Shown here: one piece after another, positions 50,574 to 59,960 of the stretch
How the letters are laid out: every line of letters begins with the position of its first letter
Numbering within the stretch: the stretch's first letter is position 1
Assembly: GCA_050123375.1 (NCBI GenBank)
Contig: JASFHF010000003.1
Coordinates: forward strand, 2,064-66,063
Reading direction: 5' to 3'
DNA from: Gammaproteobacteria bacterium
Lineage (GTDB): Bacteria; Pseudomonadota; Gammaproteobacteria; UBA12402
Length of the DNA: 64,000 nucleotides
Program-made: the position numbers and the translations under genes
The notes under the pieces: model-generated
Databases searched by the model: none
What the model saw: the letters and a program-made list of their open reading frames with translations, nothing else
What the model was told of the DNA's origin: nothing

Positions 50574-50954
50574 TTTTTTATCCTCGCAAGTTAGGAGTTA
50601 AATATACAACAAACAAAATTAAAACTCAAAACAACATATAATTATCAAAATAAATCAATACATTATAAAAGCTTAAATTTGTTGCCACATTTGGCAACGT
50701 GCTATATTCATAGTATACTTCGCCAATATTAGCATAAGGTATTGCTATATGTTAGAGAAGTTTTTATCCAAACAAATGGGTACACAAATCACAAATTTAC
50801 AAAGATTATCGGATGGCTTATTCTCACAAGCACAATAGTACATCTTGATGCATTGAAGCCGATATTGGCGAATAAAAAATTTACTGAGAACAATATTGTT
50901 TTAGCAAATAATGTTGATAGAAGTCATTAATAATCATAAAGAGAGCGCTATAGC

Positions 50955-51551
50955 ATGTTAATAACAGCAATTCTTATTTTTTTAGCATATTTATGCGGAT
51001 CTGTTTCCAGTGCAGTTATTGTGAGTAAATTATTAGGACTTCAAGATCCTCGTTCCGGCGGTTCAGGTAACCCTGGAATGACTAATGTGTTGCGGTTATC
51101 AGGCAAAAAAGCAGCAGCACTGGTGTTTATCGGTGATGTTTTTAAAGGTGTTTTGCCTGTATTGTTGGCTAGACTACTGAATGTTGATGGTTTATGGTTG
51201 GGGTTAGTGGGTGTAGCAGCGGTAATTGGACATATTTTTCCAGTCTTTTTTAAATTTAAAGGAGGAAAAGCTATTGCCACATCGTTTGGTGTGGTAATCG
51301 TTTTGTCGCCATTAGTAGCGTTTTTAGCATTAGTTACATGGTTAGTAGTGGCGGTGGTATCACGTTACTTATCATTAGCGTCAATTGTTGGAACTATCTC
51401 CGCGTTGATTTATGCTCTATATTTTCACCAATCCATGTACATTATTCCATTTTTTATCATAGCAGCATTAATAATATGGCGACATAAATCCAATATAAAA
51501 AGACTATACCAAGGTAATGAAGATAAAATCAACTTTAAATCGAAAAGGTAA
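50955..51551 (+). CDS. plsY: Glycerol-3-phosphate acyltransferase PlsY
   Basis: GSGNPG.TN, FKGGKAIAT, RHKSNIKRL. Confidence 0.93.
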   Translation: MLITAILIFLAYLCGSVSSAVIVSKLLGLQDPRSGGSGNPGMTNVLRLSGKKAAALVFIGDVFKGVLPVLLARLLNVDGLWLGLVGVAAVIGHIFPVFFKFKGGKAIATSFGVVIVLSPLVAFLALVTWLVVAVVSRYLSLASIVGTISALIYALYFHQSMYIIPFFIIAALIIWRHKSNIKRLYQGNEDKINFKSKR

Positions 51552-51562
51552 TTACATAATCA

Positions 51563-52690
51563 ATGACTATTGAATTTAAAAAATTTAGTGAAGAAGATGT
51601 GCCTGTATTTTATAATTGGGCTGAAAAACCTCACGTCAAAAATACTTGGTTTCAGGAAGTTTACGAAAAAAAAGAAGCCATTTTAGAAAAAATCAAAGGC
51701 AATAGTTACGATTATCCATTTTTGATTTTAATTGATGATAAGCCAATTGGTTATATTCAATGTGAAGATTTAACAACGTTTTTCAAAGAAAATCCCGACT
51801 GTAAGAATAAATATTATTTTAATGAACCAAAAGGCACTTATTGCATTGACTTGTTTATTGGTGAAAAAGATTATTTAGGCAAAGGTCACGGCACTAAAAT
51901 TATCAAGCAATTTTCTAATTGGTTATTAACCAAACCAGAAGTTAAAAAATTAGTAATTGACCCCAGCACCAGCAATAAAAAAGCCATACATTGTTACGAA
52001 AAAGCTGGTTTCAAATATGTCAGAACAGCAAAAGACAACGTTGATGAATATCACATTATGGAAAGAGCGCATATTAGCGAGATACATCTAAACGATGATT
52101 TGCCTAAAGAATATTTCAATAAAACTTTTAAAGAAATGGATTTGGCTCAAAAAACCGTACCAGAAAAAATATTTGAAAAATGTAAATTTATTAAGTGCAA
52201 TTTCAACGAAACTAATTTTCAAAAATGCAGATTTTGTGATTGTGAGTTTATTAGCAGCAATTTAAGTGTTATAAAAATCAAAGGCTGCACGTTTTCTGAA
52301 GCTGTATTTGATAACTCAAAAGTTATAGGAATAAATTGGGCTGAAGCCACCTGGCCTAAAATTAAACTTGCTTGCACAATAGGATTTTTTAAGTGCGATA
52401 TAAGCCATTCAACTTTTCCAGGATTAAATTTACGGGAAATTAATATCGTAGAATGCCGAGCGCATGATGTAGATTTTAGAGAAGCTGATTTGACTTGCGC
52501 CAACCTCACTTATTCAGATTTTGAAAATAGCATGTTTATTGAATCTAACCTAACTGAAGCTGATTTTACTTTTGCTGAAAATTACCGTATTGACGTGAAT
52601 TTTAACAAAATAAAGGGAGCAAAATTTATGTTGCCGGAGGCAGTATCCCTACTGCAAGGATTAGATATTGAGTTGGTTGATTCAAATTAG
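51563..52690 (+). CDS. Fusion of an AAC(6')-like GNAT acetyltransferase and a pentapeptide-repeat domain
   Basis: PIGYIQ, IDLFIGE..YLGKGHG, DP...N..AI.CYEKAGF; C-terminal (F/L)xxx(D/N) repeats. Confidence 0.85.
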   Translation: MTIEFKKFSEEDVPVFYNWAEKPHVKNTWFQEVYEKKEAILEKIKGNSYDYPFLILIDDKPIGYIQCEDLTTFFKENPDCKNKYYFNEPKGTYCIDLFIGEKDYLGKGHGTKIIKQFSNWLLTKPEVKKLVIDPSTSNKKAIHCYEKAGFKYVRTAKDNVDEYHIMERAHISEIHLNDDLPKEYFNKTFKEMDLAQKTVPEKIFEKCKFIKCNFNETNFQKCRFCDCEFISSNLSVIKIKGCTFSEAVFDNSKVIGINWAEATWPKIKLACTIGFFKCDISHSTFPGLNLREINIVECRAHDVDFREADLTCANLTYSDFENSMFIESNLTEADFTFAENYRIDVNFNKIKGAKFMLPEAVSLLQGLDIELVDSN

Positions 52691-52889
52691 CATATCTATC
52701 AGCCTTGTGCTAAACTATATTTATTCTTCACTCAAAAAGAAGTTATAATCATGAGACTTTGTATTTAGCCCTTGGGGCGATTATTTTAACTAGACATATT
52801 GACAATTTAACATGTGCAACATGGCACATGTGTTTTGTTATGCCTAGTTTTCCTATTTTTTTTATAATTGAAATAAAAAGAGGCTAAAT

Positions 52890-54059
52890 ATGAAATCATT
52901 AATTCATTTATTTTTAATTACCGTTTTTTTATCTGCTTTAGGGCAGATAGCATCGGACATTTATTTGCCATCGCTGCCCCACATGGTGCATGCGCTGCAT
53001 ACCAATACTCATTTGGTACAATTTACTGTTGCAGCATTTATGTTGGGATTTTGCGTGCCAAGATTGGTGTACGGCATTACATCAGATGCATTCGGACGCA
53101 AAACCCCGTTGCTAATTGGTTTATTGATATGTTTAGTTGGCGGTGTAATTTGTAGCGTTTCGGTCAATGTTTGGATGGTGATTGTTGGTAGACTTTTACA
53201 AGGCTTAGGTGCTGCTGCGGGCGTAACAGTTACCGGTGCAATTGTGCGTGATTGCTTTGAAGGAACAGACTTAGCAAAATTTGAATCTTATCGCGCAGCA
53301 ACGATTGTAACCGTATTATCGTGTGTGCCACTTTTAGGCGGTTACATTCAACACTATTTGAATTGGCGTGCTAATTTTATTGCAACACTTATTTACACCA
53401 TCTTTGTGTTAGGTTTATTTTTCCTGCTCCCGGAAACCAATAAGCACAAAGACACAAGCCATGTAAAACCAAAATACATTAAAGAAAATGCAAAAATTTT
53501 GTTAGGTAACAAATATTATCGAGCATACGGTGTGTGTATCTTTATGTCCTATGCTGGTATTTTGGCTTGGTTAACATTAGGACCAATACTGCTGCAAAAT
53601 TCATTGCACTTTTCAAGCATACAATTTGGCTGGGCAGCAATGGTTGTTGGTGTTTCCTATGTTATTGGTGCATTGGTTAATGGCAAACTGGTAAAACGTT
53701 TTGGCATGCATCACATGCTTAAAACTGCTAATTACATATTGATAACGAGCGCACTAATATTGCTATTATTTGCGGTATTGAGCGTACTAAATATTTACGT
53801 AATTCTAATACCAGTTGCATTGTTTGTAATGGGAACAGGTTTGGTATTTGCTAATGCATATACTGGCGCATTGATTCCATTTCCAAAAATGGCAGGTTTT
53901 GCATGTTCTATTTTAGGAACGTTACAAATATTAGGCGGATTTATTGCGAGCAGCGCAATATCAATATTACCAGACATAAACCAAATGCCGTTAGCTGTGA
54001 TAATATTAATTTGCGCGATTAGTTGTTTTGTTGCAACGAAAATGGCATTGCGAAGTTAA
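52890..54059 (+). CDS. Bcr/CflA-family MFS efflux transporter
   Basis: SDIYLPSLP, SDAFGRK, GRLLQGLG; about 12 TM segments. Confidence 0.9.
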   Translation: MKSLIHLFLITVFLSALGQIASDIYLPSLPHMVHALHTNTHLVQFTVAAFMLGFCVPRLVYGITSDAFGRKTPLLIGLLICLVGGVICSVSVNVWMVIVGRLLQGLGAAAGVTVTGAIVRDCFEGTDLAKFESYRAATIVTVLSCVPLLGGYIQHYLNWRANFIATLIYTIFVLGLFFLLPETNKHKDTSHVKPKYIKENAKILLGNKYYRAYGVCIFMSYAGILAWLTLGPILLQNSLHFSSIQFGWAAMVVGVSYVIGALVNGKLVKRFGMHHMLKTANYILITSALILLLFAVLSVLNIYVILIPVALFVMGTGLVFANAYTGALIPFPKMAGFACSILGTLQILGGFIASSAISILPDINQMPLAVIILICAISCFVATKMALRS

Positions 54060-54153
54060 TTAAAATTTTATGCTGCTGCAAGGTGACATAAATATCGCAT
54101 CTTCAGGTGTGATGGGTGTATACTCTGCTACTGCAAAAGTGGGGAGCCAATAA

Positions 54154-54378
54154 ATGTTAGAACAATTTTTGTCCAAGCAAATGGGCGAACAAATCACAAA
54201 TTTACAAAGATTGTCTGATGGTTTGTTTTCACAAGCCTACTCATTTACTGCCGACGAAAAAGAATATGTGGTACGCTTAAATAAGCATGAAAAAGACTTT
54301 AAAAAAGATATTTATGCTTATCAGAATTTTGGTGACAAATTACTAATTCCAAAAATAATAAAATATGGAAATTGTTGA
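54154..54378 (+). pseudogene. N-terminal fragment of an aminoglycoside phosphotransferase-like kinase
   Basis: G..SQAYSF...EYVVRLN...F.KD..AY...IPKI..YG then stops at 74 aa with no catalytic motifs. Confidence 0.6.
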
Positions 54379-54829
54379 AATGGAAAAAGTGATTGTAAGA
54401 AAAGCCAATGTCAATGATGTTCCCCAATTAATACCGTTGATGGCGCAACTTGGTTATCCTCCAGAATTAGAATTTATGCGAAACCGTTTTAAAGATTTTG
54501 TTAGCAATGATGGTTATGGTGTTGCTGTTGCAGAACAGAATGATAAAATCGTTGGTTGGATTGCTTGGTCAAAATCTATGTTGTTTGTTTTACCTAAAGT
54601 TAGATTGCGTATAGAAGGTATTGTTGTTGATAATGATTCCCGCAGACAAGGTGTTGGTAAAAAGTTAATGAAATTTGTCGAAGATATTGCAAAAAAGCTA
54701 AATCCATGCGTGATTGATTTAACCTCCGGACTTAGGCGCAAAAAAGACGGCTCACATGAATTTTATAAAGCACTTGGATATGCAAACGAGGGTTATATGG
54801 CAAAATTGTATTTAAGGAAGGAATTTTAA
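54365..54829 (+). CDS. GNAT acetyltransferase
   Basis: QLGYP, RRQGVGKKL, FYKALGY. Confidence 0.88.
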   Translation: MEIVEMEKVIVRKANVNDVPQLIPLMAQLGYPPELEFMRNRFKDFVSNDGYGVAVAEQNDKIVGWIAWSKSMLFVLPKVRLRIEGIVVDNDSRRQGVGKKLMKFVEDIAKKLNPCVIDLTSGLRRKKDGSHEFYKALGYANEGYMAKLYLRKEF

Positions 54830-54831
54830 AT

Positions 54832-55446
54832 ATGGTAATAATGTTATTAAAAAGCATATTAATGTGGATGGCCATTGTGGCTTCAATCGGACCGATTGGA
54901 TTATTGTGTATCAATAGAACGTTAAAGCACGGTTTCTGGGCTGGCACAATAACAGGTGTGGGAGTTTCAGTTGCTGATGCTATTTACGGATGTATTGCTG
55001 GATTCGGTTTAACATTTATTTCTGATTTTTTAATCTCGCATCAACTTATTATTCGGCTTATTGGTGGTTTATTCCTTTGTTATTTAGGTTTGAAAATATT
55101 TTTTAAAGCAAAAACTCCTGGTGTTATTAAGGAAGGCAAAAAAACATATATTGGCGATTTTTTGTCAGCTTTCATATTAACTTTAACCAATCCAATGACA
55201 ATAATAACTTTTATTGCGGTTTTTGCCAGCATGGGAATTGGCAGTGTTTACACAGGATACAATCACGCAGTAATTGTTATTGCGGGAATTTTCTTCGGTT
55301 CGCTTTTGTGGTATTTGATTTTAAGTTCTTTAGTAAGTCTTGCACATAAAAGAATTAATGCTGAAATAATGAGATGGATTAATATAATTTCAGGGGTTAT
55401 TATCATTATCTTTGGAATATTGGCTATAATTGGTTTTGGAAAATAA
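54832..55446 (+). CDS. LysE-family exporter
   Basis: IGPIGLLCINRTL, LTLTNP. Confidence 0.88.
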   Translation: MVIMLLKSILMWMAIVASIGPIGLLCINRTLKHGFWAGTITGVGVSVADAIYGCIAGFGLTFISDFLISHQLIIRLIGGLFLCYLGLKIFFKAKTPGVIKEGKKTYIGDFLSAFILTLTNPMTIITFIAVFASMGIGSVYTGYNHAVIVIAGIFFGSLLWYLILSSLVSLAHKRINAEIMRWINIISGVIIIIFGILAIIGFGK

Positions 55447-55458
55447 CGAGAGTGTCTA

Positions 55459-55887
55459 ATGAAGATAGAAGTTAAAACAGTGAATTTTAATAACGATTAT
55501 AATTATATTAAAAGCAAGTTAAGAGAATATAATATTTCTCAAGTTGGAATGTATGGTAAACGAGAGCCAGTTTTTTTTGGATATTATGACGATGAAAATA
55601 ATTTAATTGCCGGTTTGTATGGATATTTGGTTTGGGGGATGTTGTATTTAGATTTATTATGGGTAAGTGAAAATTATCGTAATAAAAAATTAGGTAAAAA
55701 TCTAATGTATAAAGCAGAAGAATTTGCAAAAGAAAAAGAGGCTTTGTATATTCGAGTCAATACCGCCACATTCCAAGCATTGGATTTTTACGAAAAATGT
55801 GGTTATGAGATATTTGCTAAGTTACCTCTGAAAATAGAAGGGCATAAAGAGCAGCACGATTATTATTTAATTAAATATTTAGAGTAG
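55459..55887 (+). CDS. GNAT acetyltransferase
   Basis: LLWVSENYR...LG, FQALDFYEKCGY. Confidence 0.88.
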   Translation: MKIEVKTVNFNNDYNYIKSKLREYNISQVGMYGKREPVFFGYYDDENNLIAGLYGYLVWGMLYLDLLWVSENYRNKKLGKNLMYKAEEFAKEKEALYIRVNTATFQALDFYEKCGYEIFAKLPLKIEGHKEQHDYYLIKYLE

Positions 55888-56073
55888 TGTTGATTTGAAG
55901 AAAAAACTATGCAAGCTAATTGTATTAAATAAAAAATCAAAAACCATTAGCGTTTTTATTGCTAATTGTGCCAATCGCCATTATGATTTACCTATATTTA
56001 GGCAGGCAGAAAAATGCCAAAGTTTAATTATGCTTAAATATAAAAATCATTTATATGCAATGCGGAGTCATTT

Positions 56074-56607
56074 ATGACCATATATTCACTAAATGAAAAG
56101 CGTCCTAAAATTGGAAAAAATTGCTACATAGCAGAAAATGCAACAGTGATAGGTGATGTCACCATAGGCAATAATTCTACTGTTTGGTTTAATGCTGTGA
56201 TTCGGGGAGATCTTGATTCTATCATTATCGGCGATGACATTAATATACAGGACAACTGCGTATTACATGTCGATTATGACTGTAAATTGATTATTGGTAA
56301 CAGGGTAACTGTTGGACATAAAGCCATGCTGCACGGCTGCACGATAAATGATGAAAGTTTAATAGGCATAAATACAGTTATCTTAGATGGAGCTGTTGTT
56401 GGAAAACATTGCATTATAGGTGCGCAGTCTCTCATTACAAAAAACAAAAAAATTCCTGATAATTCTTTAGTTATGGGTTCTCCCGCAAAAGTTGTACGCC
56501 AACTTACGCCGGAAGAAATCGAATATACAAAATGGGAAGCGCAGCACCATGTGGACAAAATAGCGATTTATAATGAAAATCTAAAAGTCTTGAACGTTGA
56601 TTTCTAA
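56074..56607 (+). CDS. Gamma carbonic anhydrase family protein
   Basis: Hexapeptide repeats, IRGD, NIQDN..LH, VGH.AMLHGC. Confidence 0.92.
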   Translation: MTIYSLNEKRPKIGKNCYIAENATVIGDVTIGNNSTVWFNAVIRGDLDSIIIGDDINIQDNCVLHVDYDCKLIIGNRVTVGHKAMLHGCTINDESLIGINTVILDGAVVGKHCIIGAQSLITKNKKIPDNSLVMGSPAKVVRQLTPEEIEYTKWEAQHHVDKIAIYNENLKVLNVDF

Positions 56608-56660
56608 AGCATTTTTGATTAGAAAATCGTATTACAATTTTGCGGAGGAGCAATAGATGC

Positions 56661-57515
56661 ATGTGCATATACGGCATTAAATTATTTTTCGATGTGTATG
56701 GCTCAAAATTGGATATAAAACCAGATAGAGTTGAAGAAAAGCCAACATTGATTGTGCTGCACGGTGGACATGGTTTTGCAGATCATACTTTATACGTTGA
56801 ATTTTGGTCGCAATTTTCGGATATTGCTCAAGTTATTTTTTTAGATCAGCGCGGTTGCGGTCGTAGTGATGCCAGCGAGCCTGATAAATGGAATTTGCAG
56901 CAATGGGCAGACGATTTACATAAGTTTTTTGTTACATTAAATATAAAAAAACCAATAATTGCTGGTGTTTCAATGGGTGGTCATGTGATGTGTGAATATA
57001 TTAAAAATCATCATGATTATCTTGGCGGATTGGTTTTTTGTAATACTGAAGCTAAATTTTCATTAGATAAAGTGTGTGCAAAGCTGCAAAAATTAGGAGG
57101 TAGTGAGCCTGCAAAGGCTTGTCATGATTTTTACACTGAACCAAATGAAAAAAATTTTGCCGTGTTTGCTAAATTATGTATGCCTTTTTATGGGAAAAAG
57201 ACATATTCTCCACAAGAGCTTAATAGATGCATAAAACATCCAGAAGTTTTTTTCCATTTTTGTCAACAAGAGGCGTTAAGTTTTAATTATTTGGATGTGG
57301 TGCATAAAATTCAGTGTCCGACTCTTATGCTGGCCGGCTCAGACAGTTTGCATCTTGTTGAAGCAGCAAAAGAAATGGCCAGTAAAATCGACTCTGAATA
57401 TTTAACTTTAGAGGTTTTTGCGAATACCGGTGCTCCAGTTTATAAAGATGAGCCTGACAAGTCATGTCAAGTGGTTAAAAAGTTTTTAACGGAGATAACG
57501 TCAAATGATAGATAG
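56661..57515 (+). CDS. Alpha/beta hydrolase (start uncertain)
   Basis: LHGGHG, DQRGCGRS, GVSMGG nucleophile elbow. Confidence 0.85.
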   Translation: MCIYGIKLFFDVYGSKLDIKPDRVEEKPTLIVLHGGHGFADHTLYVEFWSQFSDIAQVIFLDQRGCGRSDASEPDKWNLQQWADDLHKFFVTLNIKKPIIAGVSMGGHVMCEYIKNHHDYLGGLVFCNTEAKFSLDKVCAKLQKLGGSEPAKACHDFYTEPNEKNFAVFAKLCMPFYGKKTYSPQELNRCIKHPEVFFHFCQQEALSFNYLDVVHKIQCPTLMLAGSDSLHLVEAAKEMASKIDSEYLTLEVFANTGAPVYKDEPDKSCQVVKKFLTEITSNDR

Positions 57516-58011
57516 TAATAAAGAAGCTCTTTGGAAAGATGGTAGGTTAATGGCTGTAGCGGTAAAAGCTATGTATGAAAAATGGGGTAGAGAAGCTATT
57601 GATGTTTTATGTAAAGCATTTTATGAATACGGATTGTCAGAAGGTAAGCAATATAAAGAAAAATTTGGTTACAAGGATAAAGAAGATGAAATTGATGTGC
57701 CAACTGCCATGAAAGTTTATGCTGATTTTCATAAACATATTATTGCTGCGGGATTAAATAGCGAAGTTGTGAATGTTTGTGCAACCGAAAGAGAAGCGTG
57801 TGTGTTAGAATGTCCGATTTTTGATGCGTGGAAATCAGTTTGGGATAAATCTTATTTTATGTGCGAGATAATGTCTAAATCTTTAGATGAAGGATTTATG
57901 CAGGGACTTAATCCCAAGCTGGAATGGGTTAATTATCCAGAGAAGGATGAGCAGGAGGGGCTTGCTAGAGGGGCGAAATGCTGCAGGGTTAAATTATATC
58001 TTAAGGATTAA
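57505..58011 (+). CDS. ATC-hydrolase/V4R-like protein
   Basis: CP..DAW, MC.....D..F..G.NP, GAKCC pattern. Confidence 0.6.
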   Translation: MIDSNKEALWKDGRLMAVAVKAMYEKWGREAIDVLCKAFYEYGLSEGKQYKEKFGYKDKEDEIDVPTAMKVYADFHKHIIAAGLNSEVVNVCATEREACVLECPIFDAWKSVWDKSYFMCEIMSKSLDEGFMQGLNPKLEWVNYPEKDEQEGLARGAKCCRVKLYLKD

Positions 58012-58042
58012 TATTTTTTTTAAATGAATTTAGGGGAGCAGA

Positions 58043-58654
58043 ATGCAAAAAATAGATTTAAAAAAAGAATTAAGGCAATTATATAATCCATCGAAAAAAG
58101 AAATTAGTGTAGTCGATGTGCCGGCAATGAATTTTTTGACCATTGATGGTACGGGTGATCCTAATACCGCGCAACAGTATAAAGATGCTGTTGAATCCTT
58201 GTTTTCAGTTTCTTATGCATTGAAATTTATGATTAAAAAAGGCAAGTTGGGAATAGATTATGCGGTTATGCCGCTGGAAGGATTATGGTGGACAGAGAAA
58301 ATGGAGGATTTCTCTGTGGAGCGCAAAGATGATTGGCAATGGACGGCTATGATTATGCAGCCTAAATGGGTAACTAAAGTTTTAGTTAAACAGGCGATAG
58401 AACAAGTAAAAAAGAAGAAAGGTTTCGTTAATCTTAAAGATTTGCATTTCACTACCATCACAGAAGGCAAGGCTGCGCAGATTATGTATATAGGGCCATA
58501 TGCAAATGAGGCGCCAACAATTCAAAAAATTCACGATTTTATTAAACAGAGCGGTAATAAATTAAGCGGTAAGCATCACGAAATATATTTAAACGATCTT
58601 CGCAGATCTGCGCCAGAGAAGCCTAAAACTATTCTCCGGCAGCCATTTGAATAA
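58043..58654 (+). CDS. GyrI-like small-molecule-binding domain protein
   Basis: G.GDPN, PLEGLWW, GPY..E, GKHHEIYL. Confidence 0.85.
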   Translation: MQKIDLKKELRQLYNPSKKEISVVDVPAMNFLTIDGTGDPNTAQQYKDAVESLFSVSYALKFMIKKGKLGIDYAVMPLEGLWWTEKMEDFSVERKDDWQWTAMIMQPKWVTKVLVKQAIEQVKKKKGFVNLKDLHFTTITEGKAAQIMYIGPYANEAPTIQKIHDFIKQSGNKLSGKHHEIYLNDLRRSAPEKPKTILRQPFE

Positions 58655-58968
58655 CATCTGCGATGTTTAATTTATAAATCAGTTACTTGCAAAATTTTCC
58701 ATACGACATCTTCAGAAAATTAGCCAAACTAATATATCTATGCTATAAATCAATCTCAGGTCAATTTTGATCTGTATTTCTTTAATTTGTTAAATGAGGT
58801 GAAAACTATAGTGCATTAACTCGGCTTTGCCGATTGGTGTGCAAGAAAAAATAAATAGTACGACAAAACTGCAGCACATTTGTGCTGATCGTAGAGCTGC
58901 TTAGGCGCGTTTGTGTCTATTGCTGCTCGGTATTTATTTAACTTGCAACTAATTTTGAGGACGAGAAG

Positions 58969-59766
58969 ATGACTTTAGATTTTAATTTAGACAATTTAAC
59001 AGCCTTATTGCGTGAGATCGGTCTTTACAATGAAAAAGGCCAATTTTATCAGCAGCGTATTCGTAAGCATCAACAGATTTTTGCTTATATTCCGCAAATC
59101 GCATCTGCCTTTAGTAAATTAAGTACTAAAAGACCGATTGTGATGTTGGATTGCGGATGCGGCAAAAGTTATTTGTCGTTTGTGCTGTATGAATACTGCA
59201 CCAAAGTGCTTGAGCGCAAAATTAAAATTATTGGTGTTGATAGCAATAGTGAATTGATTGATAAGTGTAGTCGCAGTGCTGCTGTATTGGGTTTTGATAA
59301 TATGTATTTTTATGATGCTGACGTTCTAGCATTTAAATTTGATGACAGCATTGATATTGTATATTCATTGCATGCCTGTGATTTTGCTACCGATCAAACT
59401 ATTGCTAAAGGAGTGCAGCTGGGAGCAAAATACATTTTTTCAGTGTCGTGCTGTCAGCATAGCAATCGTAAAAAAATGCGCCAACATCCTTTGATTAGCA
59501 TTTCGCGTTACCAACCATATAAAGAACGTTTAGTAGATATGGTTGGTGACAGTATGCGCGCATTGTTATTGGAACAATTAGGTTATGGTGTAAACATTTT
59601 TGAATTTGTTGCTGCGGAACATACACCGAAAAATGTTATGCTACGCGCGGTAAAAAATACGGTTAAAAAACAGGATCGCGTTAAAGCTGTAGGCGAATAC
59701 CAGCATTTAGTGGAAATGTTTGGTTTTGCGCCGAAGCTTGAAGTCTTGTTGGGCAGTATTAAATAA
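58969..59766 (+). CDS. SAM-dependent methyltransferase
   Basis: LDCGCGKSYLSF, LHACD.ATD, SCCQH, HTPKN. Confidence 0.85.
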   Translation: MTLDFNLDNLTALLREIGLYNEKGQFYQQRIRKHQQIFAYIPQIASAFSKLSTKRPIVMLDCGCGKSYLSFVLYEYCTKVLERKIKIIGVDSNSELIDKCSRSAAVLGFDNMYFYDADVLAFKFDDSIDIVYSLHACDFATDQTIAKGVQLGAKYIFSVSCCQHSNRKKMRQHPLISISRYQPYKERLVDMVGDSMRALLLEQLGYGVNIFEFVAAEHTPKNVMLRAVKNTVKKQDRVKAVGEYQHLVEMFGFAPKLEVLLGSIK

Positions 59767-59960
59767 TTGCATTTATAGAAAAGCGAGCTATACTTATGCA
59801 TATGAAAGCAAAATTTCAATTTACATATTGCCTGCCGGCAAATTCACCTATTAAGCGGGCTAGCTCGTTCGCGTAAGTTTCTTTAAGCGGACGATTAGTC
59901 CGCGCCAATTAAAAATCCATAAACTCAAATTACCTTTAACTAATTTTTAGGGTGAATTAT

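Noticed and set aside
50720-50930. 11-bp inverted repeat (TTCGCCAATAT) and a 62-aa TTG-start ORF
   Set aside because: Single short repeat, no recognisable product; insufficient support for a MITE or gene.
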